Shown one piece after another: positions 32,931 through 47,069 of a stretch of 64,000 nucleotides of DNA. The stretch lies in assembly GCF_009914755.1 (NCBI RefSeq), contig NC_060939.1. One strand, 5' to 3'. The DNA comes from the human T2T-CHM13v2.0 reference genome, Homo sapiens. Each line of letters opens with the position of its first letter. The stretch's first letter is position 1. The translations under genes were made by a program, and so were the position numbers. The notes beneath the pieces are model-generated. The model searched no databases and was not told the DNA's origin. It worked only from the letters and a program-made list of their open reading frames with translations.

Positions 32931-35900
32931 AGTGTTTACATTTTTACAATAAACTCACTCTTTATATACTCTGAGTAACTTTAAAAGCTACTATTGTTCA
33001 ATATCTCATGGTGAGCAATGTCTGTTTCCATTCTTTTCTATGACTCCTCTCTTAAAAATTATGGAGAGTTGTTTTCTCTTTCCATCCCACATGGCTATCA
33101 TTTACCATAATCATAGTATCTTCTTTTAGTACCAAAAAGCATCCCCTCATAACAATATTTACTTTATATATTTGGCTTTGAATTTCCTAAGAGTAAATTA
33201 TTCAAATAAACTACATAGAATTAAATAGGTCAAAATACGTAAAACAAAAACAGCCGCTAGTAAGCATAATGATTTTTAAAATATTAGTGTAAAATCACAT
33301 AGACTAAAAAAAAAATAAATAAAAATAGAACCACACTAATAAAGGAGCCAAAAGCTTTTTCCTAAAGCTTTTCTTGCAGAGTTCCTTATGATTGAGAAAA
33401 AGATTGGGTATGTTTTTTAGTAGAGATGCCAGGTTCTTTACAAGAAGATTATGTTTTCTGCTCTTCTTAGACTCCACAACATGAAAGTAAAGTAAGAGAT
33501 ATATTTATTTGTAAACATGTATTTACATTTATATACATTATATTATTTTTATAAATATTTATTAATGACTCCTTTCAGCTATGTAAGTATAATTTTGTCC
33601 ACCAAAATTGTAAGATGATCCAATGCTTTATCAGCTATTTATGATGACCTTTTGAAGAAGTCCAAGAGGCTGGTTATGGTCAGGATAGTTTCCCTGTAAT
33701 AAATCATTCTGAATGGAGTTTCATCACCACATGCAGTTTGATGTAAGTTCATTCTAAGTGGATTGTGTTTTTAAGGATATACTCATCTATATTGCCAATA
33801 AGAAAGCAGAATAATGACAAAACTACCATTTGGGTCCACTAGTTCAGTCATCCTGGTCAAATAAAGCTGGTATTTTGTAAGAACAAAAACAAAAATAAAA
33901 ATCACTTCAAGGGGCTGAACCTGTATTATGGAATCAACTGTATATAAATTACTATTATTCTCAAGAAGAAAAAGCCAGAATGATTGTGAAGAGAAGTACA
34001 GATGGATAACTAAGTGGAGCATTTGGGTGAGCTATACACTAAGGTTTTGGTGTGAGCCTTCACCAGTATAGCAGAGAGCCATATGTCTATTCTATGATTG
34101 TGTGGAGTCTCTTCTTCCTTTTTCATAATTCTGTTTTAGATGTTTCTATATGTTGAGTAGCATTGGGACTGGTAAAGTTTTGGTAATTTCTTTTGGATAT
34201 CTCAAAAACGCCTTTGAAAAACTTGTAATTACTACTCTCTGCACCTGTAGTGATAGAATTTTCCCTAGTGTCCAGAGAAAAAGAACATCTTCTGGACTAA
34301 AAGGCTGCATGAGATACTCTTCTCCATTTCCCAAGACACATGTGTTCTATAATTCTTACTGGCCACCTGGTCTTGTGCTTAGAATTAAAAGCAAGTCCCT
34401 TTAGTTAGCTTGAAACTTTAATAGAGTTTTGCATTTAGCTGTTTTATTTCTACTAAGTGAAGAGCTAGAAAAGCATGAATGACATGTCTAGAGACGAATC
34501 TACACAAAGATTAATGAAGCAAAGATCTGGCAATGGTTCCAAGTTGGGACTATGCACAACAGCCTCTTGCTGACTCCTCATGAGCCAGAGTGGACTGCTG
34601 CATTAGTTCACAATCCAGCCAAGATTCATATACGACCTTCATTACGCTTCATTCATTGATTTAACGAAAACGTTAAGTGCTTTCTATACAGTGGTCCCCA
34701 CTTTAGGTTTTAAAGAAGACAGATATGGTTTCTGGCTTTGTGGAGCTTGCAATCTATCTTGTGTGTTCATTGTGTTTACTTGCATTGTCTAGAATGAGTG
34801 TAGACAGAAAACAAAACTTTGAAATCTAGAAGCAAAATGAGTAGGTAATGAGTAGTAGGTAATCAATGCTGTAAGATTTTCTTAGAGATAATCTAGTGTT
34901 ATTTATAAAAGACAATCTAGTGTTATTTATAAAATGGTTTGTATGAGATTCATTTCAGGTTGTAGGTGTTTGTTCTTGTTCAAATGGCTGGAAATTTTTA
35001 TTTATTATTTAGCTGGAAACATACCACTATTTTTACTTGTATTTGCTTGGTGAAGTGAAATGTTTTTATATCTCTAAACAAGTCTTGTAAACTATTTTTC
35101 AGTTTAAATAGTTCATGATATCAGCCTGTCAGAGGTTTACATTTGCACAAAGAATCTTTCTAATGAGGCTTGACAGGGCATGTATCCAAGCAGAAGTTTG
35201 CCGTCTTTTATCTTAAGCTTTATAGTGAGAGTTCACCATATCTTTTTAATGTGAGAGAATGTGAATTGGCAATACCTATTCCATATGTTATTTATTTATG
35301 AGACCTGCTTATCCAGAACTCACAGCCCAATTATTACTCTAGCCAGAGACCTTATTTCTAGATTCATGTTTTCTCTTGGTGTACAACTGTAAACCACAAG
35401 TGAAGTTTCTAATGTTGACAAGGTGTATCCATTAGTTCCACTAAAATGCTCTAACCACCGGAGCTCATTGATTTTTAGTTTCATATATCTTTAATGAGGA
35501 GATTAAATACTTGTTTAGGAAGCAGAGCCTAGCTTAAGTGGTGTTTTTTCCTACAGCATGTACAGTTGAAGACCTCCATAATCTCTCCCATAGGTCATGC
35601 CATGGAATGAGCTTTTTCACACTAAAACACAAAGCTACAAATATTTCTATAAGTATACAAATATATGCATATTATAATTATTTTTTTACAAAGCATCAGA
35701 ATAACCACAGGAGAGACAAAAATATTTCTACTTGTCTGGTATCTGGGTATATCTTCTAGAATGTTGATTATTAATTCTCCATAAATGCCTAGCAAAATAC
35801 TATGTCCAGCTTTCAAGTGAAGATAAAATATATCTTGATCATGAATTGGTGTTGATTATGGGGTAAGAGAAATGACTAAGTCAAGGCCAAAAGCAGATGT

Positions 35901-36930
35901 CACCTAAGTTCCCCTGGGTCATCAAGAAAAATTAAAACCTGGTCAATGCCTAGAATATTTCTTAAACATTTGAGATAATTATAAAATAACTGCAGTGAGA
36001 GATTAGGCCAATTCACTGTTGGCAAACTAAACCAAAGTGAGATCAGAATAAAGAGTATCAAGCAACATTGCCTGGCTGATTATGCATGGTACCACTAAGT
36101 ATGGGATGCTGCAAGTCCCTTAAAATAGGATCAAGCAGAGTGATATTAGCATTTTCTGCATGCAAAGCCTTTTGTGTGTGGTAAGCAAACCATACTCTAA
36201 GAGAGCTGCTGCAAGTCCCTAGGTAATCTAACCAGACAGTGGGAAGAGAAGATCAATTGATTGCTCACCCTACTTTAAAGAAAGAAGTTTTCTTCTTCAG
36301 GGAAAAACAGAAAGAAAGTGGTGATGGGGTTGGGGGAGGGGTGTGGCAGAGGCACATGTAGGGAAAATAGAAGCATGAGCATCTAGGGAAGACTAAGGTA
36401 GTTGAAATGTATCTAGTTCTTTTAAAAAAAATCTATTATCATACCTTTAGCAATTTAGGGATCCGTTCTCCACAATACTGAGACAATTACTCATAAATTC
36501 TTAGGACAAAATTGTTTCTTATTTTAATAAAAATATACAGTTCTAAAGGAGGTCATTTAAACAGGTTCTTTTTTCAGATGCTATAGCAGCAGGGTAAGAA
36601 TGTGATAGGAGATGCAACAAAATAGCACTTCTCAGCCTGGGGGAAGATATTTATAACAAATACAGAGAAAGGTAATATCCCCAACATGATGAGCTGTTTT
36701 TTAAAAAAAATCTCTAAAAATAACACAAACATCCTCAAAATAATACTCAAATGACTGGAGTATGGACAAGGAACATGAAAAAAATCTAAAAGATAATAAG
36801 CATATTTTAAAACATTTAACTTCGCTAATGATTGTATAGATTATTTCTGAAAAACATTTGAATATATGGATATATTCAGAATCTTTAAAATAATCAGAAC
36901 TCATGGCCCAATGATTCCAGTAACTGTTGC

Positions 36931-37221
36931 TTTTTTCTTGTTGTTTGAGACGGTGTCTTTCTCTGTCACTCAGGCTGGAGTATAGTGATTCAATCATAGT
37001 TCAAACTCCTGGGTTCAAACGATCCTCCTGCCCCAGGCTCCTGAGCAGCTGGGATTACAGGTGCACGCCACCACACCCAGCTACATTTTTTGTTTTTATT
37101 TTGTAGAGATGGGCTCTCACTTTGTTGCTCAGCCTGGTCTCTAACTCCTGGTTTCAAGCAATCCTCCTGCCTTGGTCTCCCAAAGTGCTGGGATCACATG
37201 TGTGAGCCACCACATCCAGCC
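36931..37221 (-). mobile_element. Alu (AluJ-like)
   Basis: Antisense Alu with 'tcaagcaatcctcctgccttgg'. Confidence 0.92.
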
Positions 37222-40200
37222 CAACAACTATTTCTAACAAATAGAAACTATGTATCATGATGTTAAGAAAATTCTAAATATCTAATCAAAAACAGAAACA
37301 TTGAAATAAATTAAGGTATATTCATAAATGAAATATTCTTCAGCCATGAAAATTACATTCAGTAACAATTTTAATGACAAAGAAAAATGTTCATGATATA
37401 GTCTACACGAGAAAGCATTTATTTATAGTATAGTTATAATTATTGAAAAATATGCACAGCAAAAAGAAAAAGGAAAATCTCGACATTTGAACATTGGTTA
37501 CATAAAGATTGTTGAATTTTATGTATAATTTTCATTTGATTCTTAATACCTGTTTTTTCTAAGTTTTCTAAAATGAACATGTATTTTTTTCAGAAAAAAA
37601 GGACAACAAAAATGTCTAAGAAATACAGTAATCCTCTAAGTCAAATGTATTTGGAAAGTACTTGTTTAATATCCCGAAATTTTTGTAAATATGAACATTT
37701 TACTTTAAAATATATCATTTGAGCTACTTAGGAGAGAGTAAACATAATGAAAAATAGTAATATATTCTTGTATCATTTTGCAATGACACAAAATGAAAGA
37801 TTTTGTTCACTTCACGGAAATTTTTCACATGTATAATATTATTTTCACATTAATTTCTGCTGGTCCCAGAGATCATTTTCAGTGGACACAGTAGCTCAGG
37901 ACAACTTTATTCCTTCTATATCCAAAGACAGAGCAGCTTAATCTCTTTTCTGGTGTTGAATTAGTGTGCAGAATTTGGCATAGAACTGTCAGGCATTGAA
38001 GGACCACTACAAATCACTGCTTAATTTTCAAATACAATTTTTGGGTTATGTTTGAAGGCAATATACACTAACTGCAGTTCCTAAGGGTTAAAGTCTACAA
38101 AGCAATCTGGTATCAACTTGCTGCACAGCTAGTACAACAATCAGTATTCAAAATTCTCCATTCTAAAATGGCATGATTAATTCAGAGATTGGGCTGTACA
38201 GTGGTTCAATATTTATGTATAATCTTTGTACAAATTCTAAAATGGCCTTCATTTTGTTCTGATTTTCTGCTTTCTACTTATTGAGCTAACAATACTTTAG
38301 AAGACAACTCAGAAAATTGTCTTTTGCATGACCTAAAGGCATAACCATAATGCCCCTTTTACTGAGCCCTGACCCCTAATATTTTTCTAGGCAAGACCTT
38401 AAGAGAGGTAGAAAATTGAGAGGGTGAAGGGGAAAATCTTCAAAAGCAGCATGTCTCTAAATTGATACCATGTAAACCTCTCATAGTATTGGGAAACCAC
38501 TGCTGGGGGTAAATGAAATGAATTCACTGGGGCATCTAATCCTATTCTTGGAACATTTAAACTGTTTAAATGCACTGACGAGCAAACAAACTTCAAAGCG
38601 ATCATTACGCCCCAGACACTGTTGCTTGTGTGGCTGAAATCTTTATGAGATTAGCCCCCCACAGAGAGAGAAGTTAAACACAGCCAGAACCACTTTGAAA
38701 CTGTCGGGAGGATACCCATTTACCGGCTGAGGATCAGGGCAAATGTGCCTAATTCCCAATGTGGCTCTGCCCCAGACCCAAGAGTAACCTATTGAGCTTA
38801 AAACCCCACTTCACTCTCTGCAGCCTTCATTTCTTGCCTCTGCAACCTCAACAGCACTGACAACCCTGGACCTGCACAAATATTCAAAGTTCCTAAGCAC
38901 ATCTTTGGCAAAGTATTCATTTCCCTGTCACTATTGTCTTCACCGAAGAATTAAATGATGGATAGCACATATCGAACAAATATTGTAAAACAGTACAACT
39001 AAGAAGTTGTTGTTGTCGTTGTTGTTTTCTTCTGTTTGGTTTCAAATATATGAAAATTAATTAGCAAAAATAGAAAAATGTACTGTCAAGCTTTTTTTCT
39101 GTCAACTTTTACACTATTTTCCTCAAGTATCTCCCCAATTTTTATTCCTTCCTTATCTCAATCTTAAATTCATAATGCAACATCAATATTTCATTTGTTA
39201 ACCAATTTAAGAATAAAACTTCTAGTTATTCCTAAACTAGCAACGTGATTTTTACTTATATAGAAGGGGCTAAAAAAAAAAGCAACATTAATTTATTCAA
39301 CCAGTATTGACTTGCCTATCATGAGATTCGTTCTAATTGCTGGAAAGACAAATCCAGCGGAGTCATTCCATCATCAGGTGCCCGTTTAGAGGGTGAGGCA
39401 AGGCGGACAAATCTGAGGATCTGAGGAATGCAGAACAGATACATAAAGGAAGAATGAATGGCAATGGAGGCTTGGATATATTTTCTTCCCCTGATCTTTT
39501 TATTTCCATGGTTCTTAATTTCTGAAATTCTACATTTCTTAGATAAGTTTGTGCTATCAATTTTCAATCTCAAATTTCAGAGATGGAAGCTATTTCCATT
39601 TGATTCACTTTGTGGAGTCACACTGAAAAATTTGAGAACATGAATTAGTTTTTATTTATTCCATGACATGATACCGTCAAGTTAATTTGGTTCCCTCTGA
39701 ACATCATGGCCAAGAAGAGCCTTTTCCATAACCTGGAAGAGACTGAGGGAAATTTTGGCCATCCTGAGGTCACTTCTGTGGAATGCAGAATGGCCTTCTA
39801 GGTGTTCTTGTCAGGCGCCTCAATATTCATGGAAGTATGTTAATTTCACTCCCAGCAGGACTAAATATTGAAGCCTATGGCTTGGCCATAGGCCAGCTAC
39901 CTTGTCCAGGTACCTAAAAATCTCAAGTTTAAAAGAAAAAAATAAGAGAGAATGAGAGAATTTAAATAGCCTAAAGAGAATATAGAGCTTATCTAGTCCA
40001 TGTTATACTTTAAAATCTGTCTTTCATTATGCCACTATGGTGGGAAACATCACCCCTCAAACACATTCTATTAGTTCCCCAAAGATTTATTACTTCATTG
40101 CTTTGGGGTATAATTCTATCAGGCTATGTAGTAGAAAATTATATGTAAGCTCATTGTGAAAGCACTGTTAGAATATTGTTTCCCATGTTTCAACGTGCTC

Positions 40201-42324
40201 TCTCTCTCTCTCAGAATCCGTGAGATAAATTTATATCTGGGCATAGAATGGGAAAAATTAGAATATTTATGAGCAATGACCTGTTTTGTTTTTTATCTAT
40301 TTAAACACTGTGAATCATAAAGCTGATCAGGTCAACTTTAAGTTGGCTGCTCAAAACTTCAGTGTCACATCCATGGCTCAGTTCACTCAAGAATGAAAAC
40401 TCCCAACATTTGATGCGCACAGATTACTCTCAAGCCCAACTTTTTATTAGTATTCTAATTTTCTTGCCCCTTTCCTTCATCTATTTTAAATGTTGATTCT
40501 GTCTTATTGGATTCTGTGTATTTTGTTGAGTAATCTTAAATCTTTTGCTGAGAATAACAATTTATACAAAAATAAAAACAAAAATTACATATCACCGTTC
40601 TCGGAGATGCCCCTTTCCCTCTTATACCTGGAAGACTCTAGCTTTTGTTTCTTATCTGACGTTGCTATTAATATTTGCCACTCCAGCAGAAAGTTTTACA
40701 CAAATGAACTGGTGTAATAGGATGTTAACCTATAATAAGAGTTTGTCACACCACAGTCACACTACAGGAGATCTGCCATTGATTTTTCAGTAAATATGGC
40801 AAATGGTGAAAAATATAGTGTGTGTTCCTCAGCACTAAATTTTTTAGTGACCATTTTTCTTTTTGGCTGTTTTCTATTCTGCTGTCTTCGGGTGATATTT
40901 AATAAAATGTTCTCTTTCCTCAGTGTTTGAACTTGTACTGACATGGCTAATGGGGCCTGTACTAAAGTTATCATCTATTTCACCATTAATGCATTTGTAA
41001 AGTTTGCCTTCATTCTTTGATAAAGCATGAAAAACAAATTAGGTATGAAAAAAACCTACTGAGTCATGGAATTGAAGAGCAAACATGGACCATGGCTCTC
41101 TGGCTATTTAGGTTACTCAAATCCTTACAGGCCAAAGGACAATGTCTGAACATCATATAAAGCAAAGCTCAGAATATGATTTTTTTTTAAGTATGGCAAA
41201 TGTTAAAAGATTCTTTTTTCCATTTAGCCTAAATTTTTCCTTCTGGAACTCAGGTACTTTGGCTTATTATTCTTTTCTTAACATAAGAAAAATGATCAGT
41301 ATTTCTAATTTGAACCCTTTGGAAAGGCAGGTGTGATGAGATCAAGGTGTCACTCACTCTTGAGGACTGCTCACTCTCACGGAAGATGGCATTTACCTTA
41401 CAAAATGGTTCTAGTGCAGGGCCTGCTTCTCTGACTTGTGCAAGCCCAGAAACTTGAGTCTGTCAGCAAGGGGAGAATGGATATACCTATTATGGGACAA
41501 TACAGATCAAGAAAGTTCACCGAGACTAACACATAGAAACAATTTCTTTTCTTGGTAGGACGAGTAGTCTTTTAGTAAATCTCTCTATTTCACAGGGCAT
41601 CAGAAAGTTGGAATATGGGGAGCCTATTCCTCAGTTATTGTACAGATTTTGAACATCAAGTATGTAAAGACATATAAGATACCAAGTCAAATAAGACCTG
41701 TTCCCTGACCTCAAGAAATGTGTATTCCACTAGGCAGACACAGACAAATAAACACGATCAATGAAAGTCTACACCATGAACGTTCAAGACGTTAAATCAA
41801 GTCAGCCTCAATAATAGGAATATGCTTGCCTGTAGAAGAAGAATATTTTAAGACTACTGCCCAGGATTCCCTCTTCTACAGAAGGTGATGATTGATTGGA
41901 GATAATTCTTTGTATGATTATTTTATACTTTATCCATCAGACAGGAAACTTCTTTCCCTTACTGTCAATTTTTCCACTTTTATCTATGTGCACACTCCCA
42001 TTATGTAAAGCAGATAGTTTAAAGTCATGGTATGCATTTGCTCTTAGATAAATAACATAATTAAAAAATATATTTAATGGCTCTCTATATCCTTGAGAAT
42101 AAAATCTAAATATGAATGTTGGGATACCACAAAAAGGCCATATTTCCTACCTTATGTTCTTCATCTCTTTTCCCCTTACTTTATGCTCCTTGTTAAGTGC
42201 AGTTTATCCCATTCATTCAGTCAGTCTGCAAACATTTATTAAACACTAACTATGCCCAGGCACTGGCATATTTCTGATCACAAAAACATCACCAAACTTC
42301 TAAATAAAGACCCAAACCACTTCT

Positions 42325-42770
42325 TTTTAAATTGATACATAATAATTGTACATTTTATGGGGTATATGTGACATTTGGATACACATATACAATGTGTAAT
42401 TATAAAATCGGGGTAACTGGGATATTCATCACCTCAAACATTTATCATTTCTTTGCATTGGGAACATTTCAAATCTTCTCTTCTGGCTATTTTGAAATAT
42501 ACACCAAATTATTTTTAACTATAGTCACTCTACCATGCAATTGACACTAGAACATACACCTTCTATCAAATTGTATATTTGTACCCATTAGCCAAACTAT
42601 CCTCATCCCTCTCCCAACCTCTTCTTTTCCCAGCCTCTGGTAACCATCATTATACTCTCTACCTCCATGAGATCAACATTTTTAGCTACCACATATGGAT
42701 AAGAACATGTGACACTGATCTTTCTTTGGCTGGCTTATTTCCTCTTACATATGATTTCCAGTTCCATCCA
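42325..42770 (-). mobile_element. L1MA-type 3'UTR fragment
   Basis: 'gatacataataattgtacattttatgggg...cacctcaaacatttatcatttctttg' antisense L1MA 3' end. Confidence 0.8.
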
Positions 42771-42779
42771 CCAAAACTC

Positions 42780-43203
42780 TTCTAAAATTAAACATTGAAA
42801 TAAATGTGGGCTATACAAACATTTAAAACAAATTAATTAATAAAAACAAGTAAGATAATTATTTCCTTGCTTATTCCAGTTCAGGATCACAGGTGGTTGG
42901 ACCTTATGCTGGCAGCTCAGGGCACAAGGTGGGCACCAACCCTGGACAGGACACCATCCCATTGCAGGGCACACTCACATACACCCTAACACTCAGACTG
43001 GGAAAGCTTAAACACACCAATTAACCTAACGTATACATCTTTGGGATGTGGCAAGAAACCGAAGAACCTGGAGAAAACCCACATAGATATGGAGAGAACA
43101 TGCAAACTCTATATAGATAGTGGCTCCAGCCAATTTTTTTTCTTCTCATCAATGTTATAGCAAAGTCATGTTGAGTGAAACAATGTTATTCAAGGACCTG
43201 CTG
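42780..43203. mobile_element. MER6-like TcMar-Tigger element (one end)
   Basis: 'ccctggacaggacaccatcccattgcagggcacactcac...acctggagaaaacccac'; terminus 'aggacctgctg' followed by TA. Confidence 0.75.
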
Positions 43204-45239
43204 TACCTAATTACCTCCTGGTTGTCTTTGCCTTAACTTGTCAACTCATGAAAGTCTCATGAGAAAAAGATTTGTACATGATTCATCTTGGTATTCCCAT
43301 GGCATTCCGGAGATTTTGGCATGTTGTATCTCTGTTTTCATTTATTTTATAGAATTTATTTTATTTCTGCCTTAATTTTTTGTTTACCCAAAAGTCATTC
43401 AGGAACAAGTTGTTTAATTTTCCTGCAATTGTGTGGTTTGGGGAGATCTTCCTGGAATTGATTTTTATTTTTATTTCACTGTGGTTGAAGAGAATGGTTG
43501 GTATAATTTTTTTTTCAGTATATTGAGACTTTCTTTACAAGCAAGCATGTGGTCGATCTTGGAGTATGTTCGGTGTGCAGATGAGAAGAATGTATATTCT
43601 GTTTTTGATGGGTGGAGTAGTCTGTAGATGTCTATTATGTCCAATTAGCTAAGTGTCAAATTTAAGACCAGAATTTCTTAGTTTTCTGCCTCAATGATCT
43701 AACACTGTCAGTGGGGTGTTGAAGTCCTCCCCTATTATTGTGTGGCTTTCTAAGTCTTTTCTTAGGTCTATAACTACTTGTTTTATGAATCTGGGTGCTC
43801 CAATGTTGGGTGCATATATATTTAGGATAATTATGTCTTCTTGTTGAATTGAGCCTTTTATCATTATTATCCTTTTTTACTGTGAGTTTAAAGTCTGTTT
43901 TATCTGATATAAGGATAGTGACCCCTGCTCTTTTTTCTTGTCTGTTTGTGTGATATATCTTTCTTCAACACTTTGATTTGAATCTGTGTGTGTTTTTATG
44001 TGTGAGATGGGTCTTTTGAAGACAGCAGATGGATGGATCTTGTGTTTTTATCCAACTTGCCACTCTGTGCCTTTTAAGTAGGGTATGTAAGTCATTCACA
44101 TTCAAGGCTAATATTGATATATGAGGTTTTGATCCTATTGTGAAGTTGTTAGCTCATTTCTTTGTAGTTTTTAATTGTGTGGTTGTTTTATTGGGTCGGT
44201 GGGCTATATAACTAAGTGTGTTTTTGTGGTAGCAGATATTCTTTCAATTTCATGTATAGAACTCCTTTAAGGATCTCTTCTAAGGTTGGTCTAGTAACAA
44301 ATTTCTCTTAGAACATGCTTGTCTGGTAAATATTTCTCCTTCACTTATGAGGTTAGTTTTGCAGGATATAAAATAATAAGTTAGAATTTCTTTTCTCTAA
44401 AACTGCCAAAAACAGGCCCCCAATCTCTCCTGGCATATAAGGTTTCTGCTGTGAAGTCCACTGTTAGCTTGATGGGGTTCCCTTTGTATGTAATCTAACT
44501 TTTTCTCTGGCTGCCTTTAAGATTTTTTCCACAGTATTGCCCTTGGATAGTCTGGTGACTATGTGCCTTGGTGAGGTTCATTTTGTAAAGTATCTCACAT
44601 GTGTGCTCTAGATTTTTTTGATCTGAATGTCTACCTCTCTAGCAAGATTTAGAAAATTTTCCTGAATTATTTCCTCAAATATGTTTTACAGGTTTTTCAT
44701 TTTTGTCCTTCTTTCTCAGGAATGCCAATAATTTATAGGTTTGGTCACTTTATATAATCCCATATTTCTCAAAGACTTTGTTCATTTTTTTAATATTCTC
44801 CTTATTTTTGTCTGACTGGGTTAGTTTGAAAGACTCATCATAAAGCTCTGAAATTATTTATTCTGTTTGGTCCAGGCTATTGATAAAGCTTTCAATTGTA
44901 TTTTGAAACTCCTTAAGCAAATTTTTTCAATTCCAGAGGATTTTGTTGATTTCTTTTTAAGATGTTTATCTCTTCCTTCATTTCATGGATTGTCTTGAAT
45001 TTCATGGAGCTCCCTTGCAATCCATGCTTTGAATTATTTATGTCATTTCTGAGTTTCCATTTTGGTTAGGGACCATTGCTGGAGAGCTAGTGTGATCCTT
45101 TGGTGGTGTCACCACATTCAGATTTTTCATGGTGCCAGAATTCTTGCATTGGTTCCTTCTTCTCTTGAGATGCAGACACTTCTTTTCTTGTAATTATTTT
45201 CATGCAATTAGAATTTTTGTCTCTTTCTTTCCCTACTAC

Positions 45240-45540
45240 GTATATATTCTCATATATGTAATATATATATGTTATGTGTAATATGTATATATGTAATATA
45301 TATGACATATGTTATATCACATATATCATATATATATCAATCACATATATATCATATAATACATATCATATATAATATCATATATATCATATATATGATC
45401 TATATCATATATCATATCATATATATCATATATATCATATATATCATATCATATATATCATATATATGATCTAGATCATATATAGATCTATATATGATCT
45501 AGATCATATATATATGAGATCTATATCATACATATATATT
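45240..45540. repeat. Low-complexity (ATATATC)n/(TA)n-derived simple repeat
   Basis: Direct reading. Confidence 0.92.
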
Positions 45541-45939
45541 CTTTCCCATGTTCCCCACCACCTCCACCCAGGTAGTGTGACTGTAGAAAATGTGGATAGG
45601 GTGTTTTGGCTTTCTTTCTATAGCCCTATGCACTTCTGTTGGCAGGCTTTATATTGGGCCATGCAGTTTGACCTACAAGACAGTAGATGGCACTTATAGG
45701 TAAGAGTTGAATGCAGCCAACATGGCTGGGTATATACTTTATCTTTGTTTACGGGAGAAGCTATCAGTTGCCTCAGGCAATGGGCTGATTCATGGAGTGC
45801 ACAGTGGTATGAGCCCCCTGCTCCCTCTGTGGGAAGAGGGTCACTATGGGAGGGGCTTTATGAGGCAGGTCTGCCTACAGGATCCCCTGATGGCAAGCAC
45901 AAGCACCAGCACCTAGGAAGAACATGGCAAATGGCCTAG

Positions 45940-47030
45940 TGCTCAGAAATGTGCCCAAGTGTGGAGCTGGAAAACCTCCTTGGCCCACATTCTCTGAACA
46001 GAGATGAGAGGTGGCCTAAACTCTCAATCCAAAATAGTGGGTACTCGGAATGCCTGGAGATGTGCCTGGCCATGGAATGGAGAGGGACTTGCTGCACCAT
46101 GATCTATGTCCAGCAAAGGTAGGGCAGTTCTGGCTGTTGATCCAAATAAATGAGTCCTCTGAATGCCTGGAGATCTGCCTGAGCATGAAGCAGAAAGGGC
46201 CTCCCCATATCTGGATCTCTGAACAGAAAGAATGGAGCAGGTCAGGCTGCTGATCCAAGTGAATAGGTGCTCCAAATACTTGGAGATCTTCCTGAGCGTG
46301 AAGCAGAGAGGTCCCTCCTACACCAAGATCTCTGCACAAGAAGGGTGGGGTGACTTAAGTGAGCTGGTTTTCTGAATGCTTAGAGATTTGCCAGGGCATG
46401 GAGCCAAGAGGGCATTGCTGTACCACAATCTATATCCAAGAAGAGTGGGGCAGTTCGGGCTGCTGAACCAAATAAGCGGTGCTCCAAATGTCTGGACATC
46501 TGCCTGGAGCCCCCCTGCGCCAGGATCTCTGCACAGGAAGGATGGGGCAGCTCAGGCTACTGATCCAGCCAAGCTGTTGCTCCAAGTACCTGGAGATCTG
46601 CCTGGGTATGGAATGGAGAGGGCCCCTCTGCACCAAGATCTCTGCACAAGAAGTTTGGGGTGACTCAGGCTGCTGATGCATGCAAGCAAGTGCTCTAAAT
46701 GTCTGGAGATCTGCCTTGGCATGAAACAAAGAGGGTCCTGCTGCAACACGTTTTATGTCTAGGAAGGGTGGGGTGGTTCAGGCTGTTGACAGGTGAATGG
46801 GTGCTCCAGATGCCTGGATTTCTGCCTGGGGGTGGAACAGAGAGGGACCCACTTCACCACAATCTATGTCCATCAAGGGTGGGGCAGCTCAGGTTCCCAG
46901 TCCAGGCAAGTGGGTGCTCCAAATGCCTGAATTACTACTTGGGGATGGAGCAGAGAAGGCCCCACTGCACCATAGCCTCAGAGAAGTAGGGTGGGACACC
47001 CAAGAATAGTATATGCAGACTGATTCCAGG
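45940..47030. repeat. Diverged tandem array of about 10 monomers of ~113 bp in the L1 5' region
   Basis: 'ggagatctgcctg'-like anchors at ~45945, 46056, 46169, 46282, 46382, 46494, 46592, 46705, 46816, 46929. Confidence 0.88.
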
Positions 47031-47069
47031 TCACCAAGCTGCCCCTGTCTGCAAGTCTCACTGCTCAGG

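Larger units (their letters stand above)
43305..47065 (-). mobile_element. Old L1 (L1PB/L1MA-type) 5' half: 5'UTR with tandem monomers, ORF1 and start of ORF2 endonuclease
   Basis: Antisense EN motifs 'atgaatctgggtgctccaatgttgggtgcatatatatttagga'; ORF1 motif 'gtttctgctgtgaagtccactgttag'. Confidence 0.85.

Noticed and set aside
45707-47009. Cluster of short GC-richer ORFs
   Set aside because: All lie in the L1 5' region and monomer array, on both strands, with no protein similarity.
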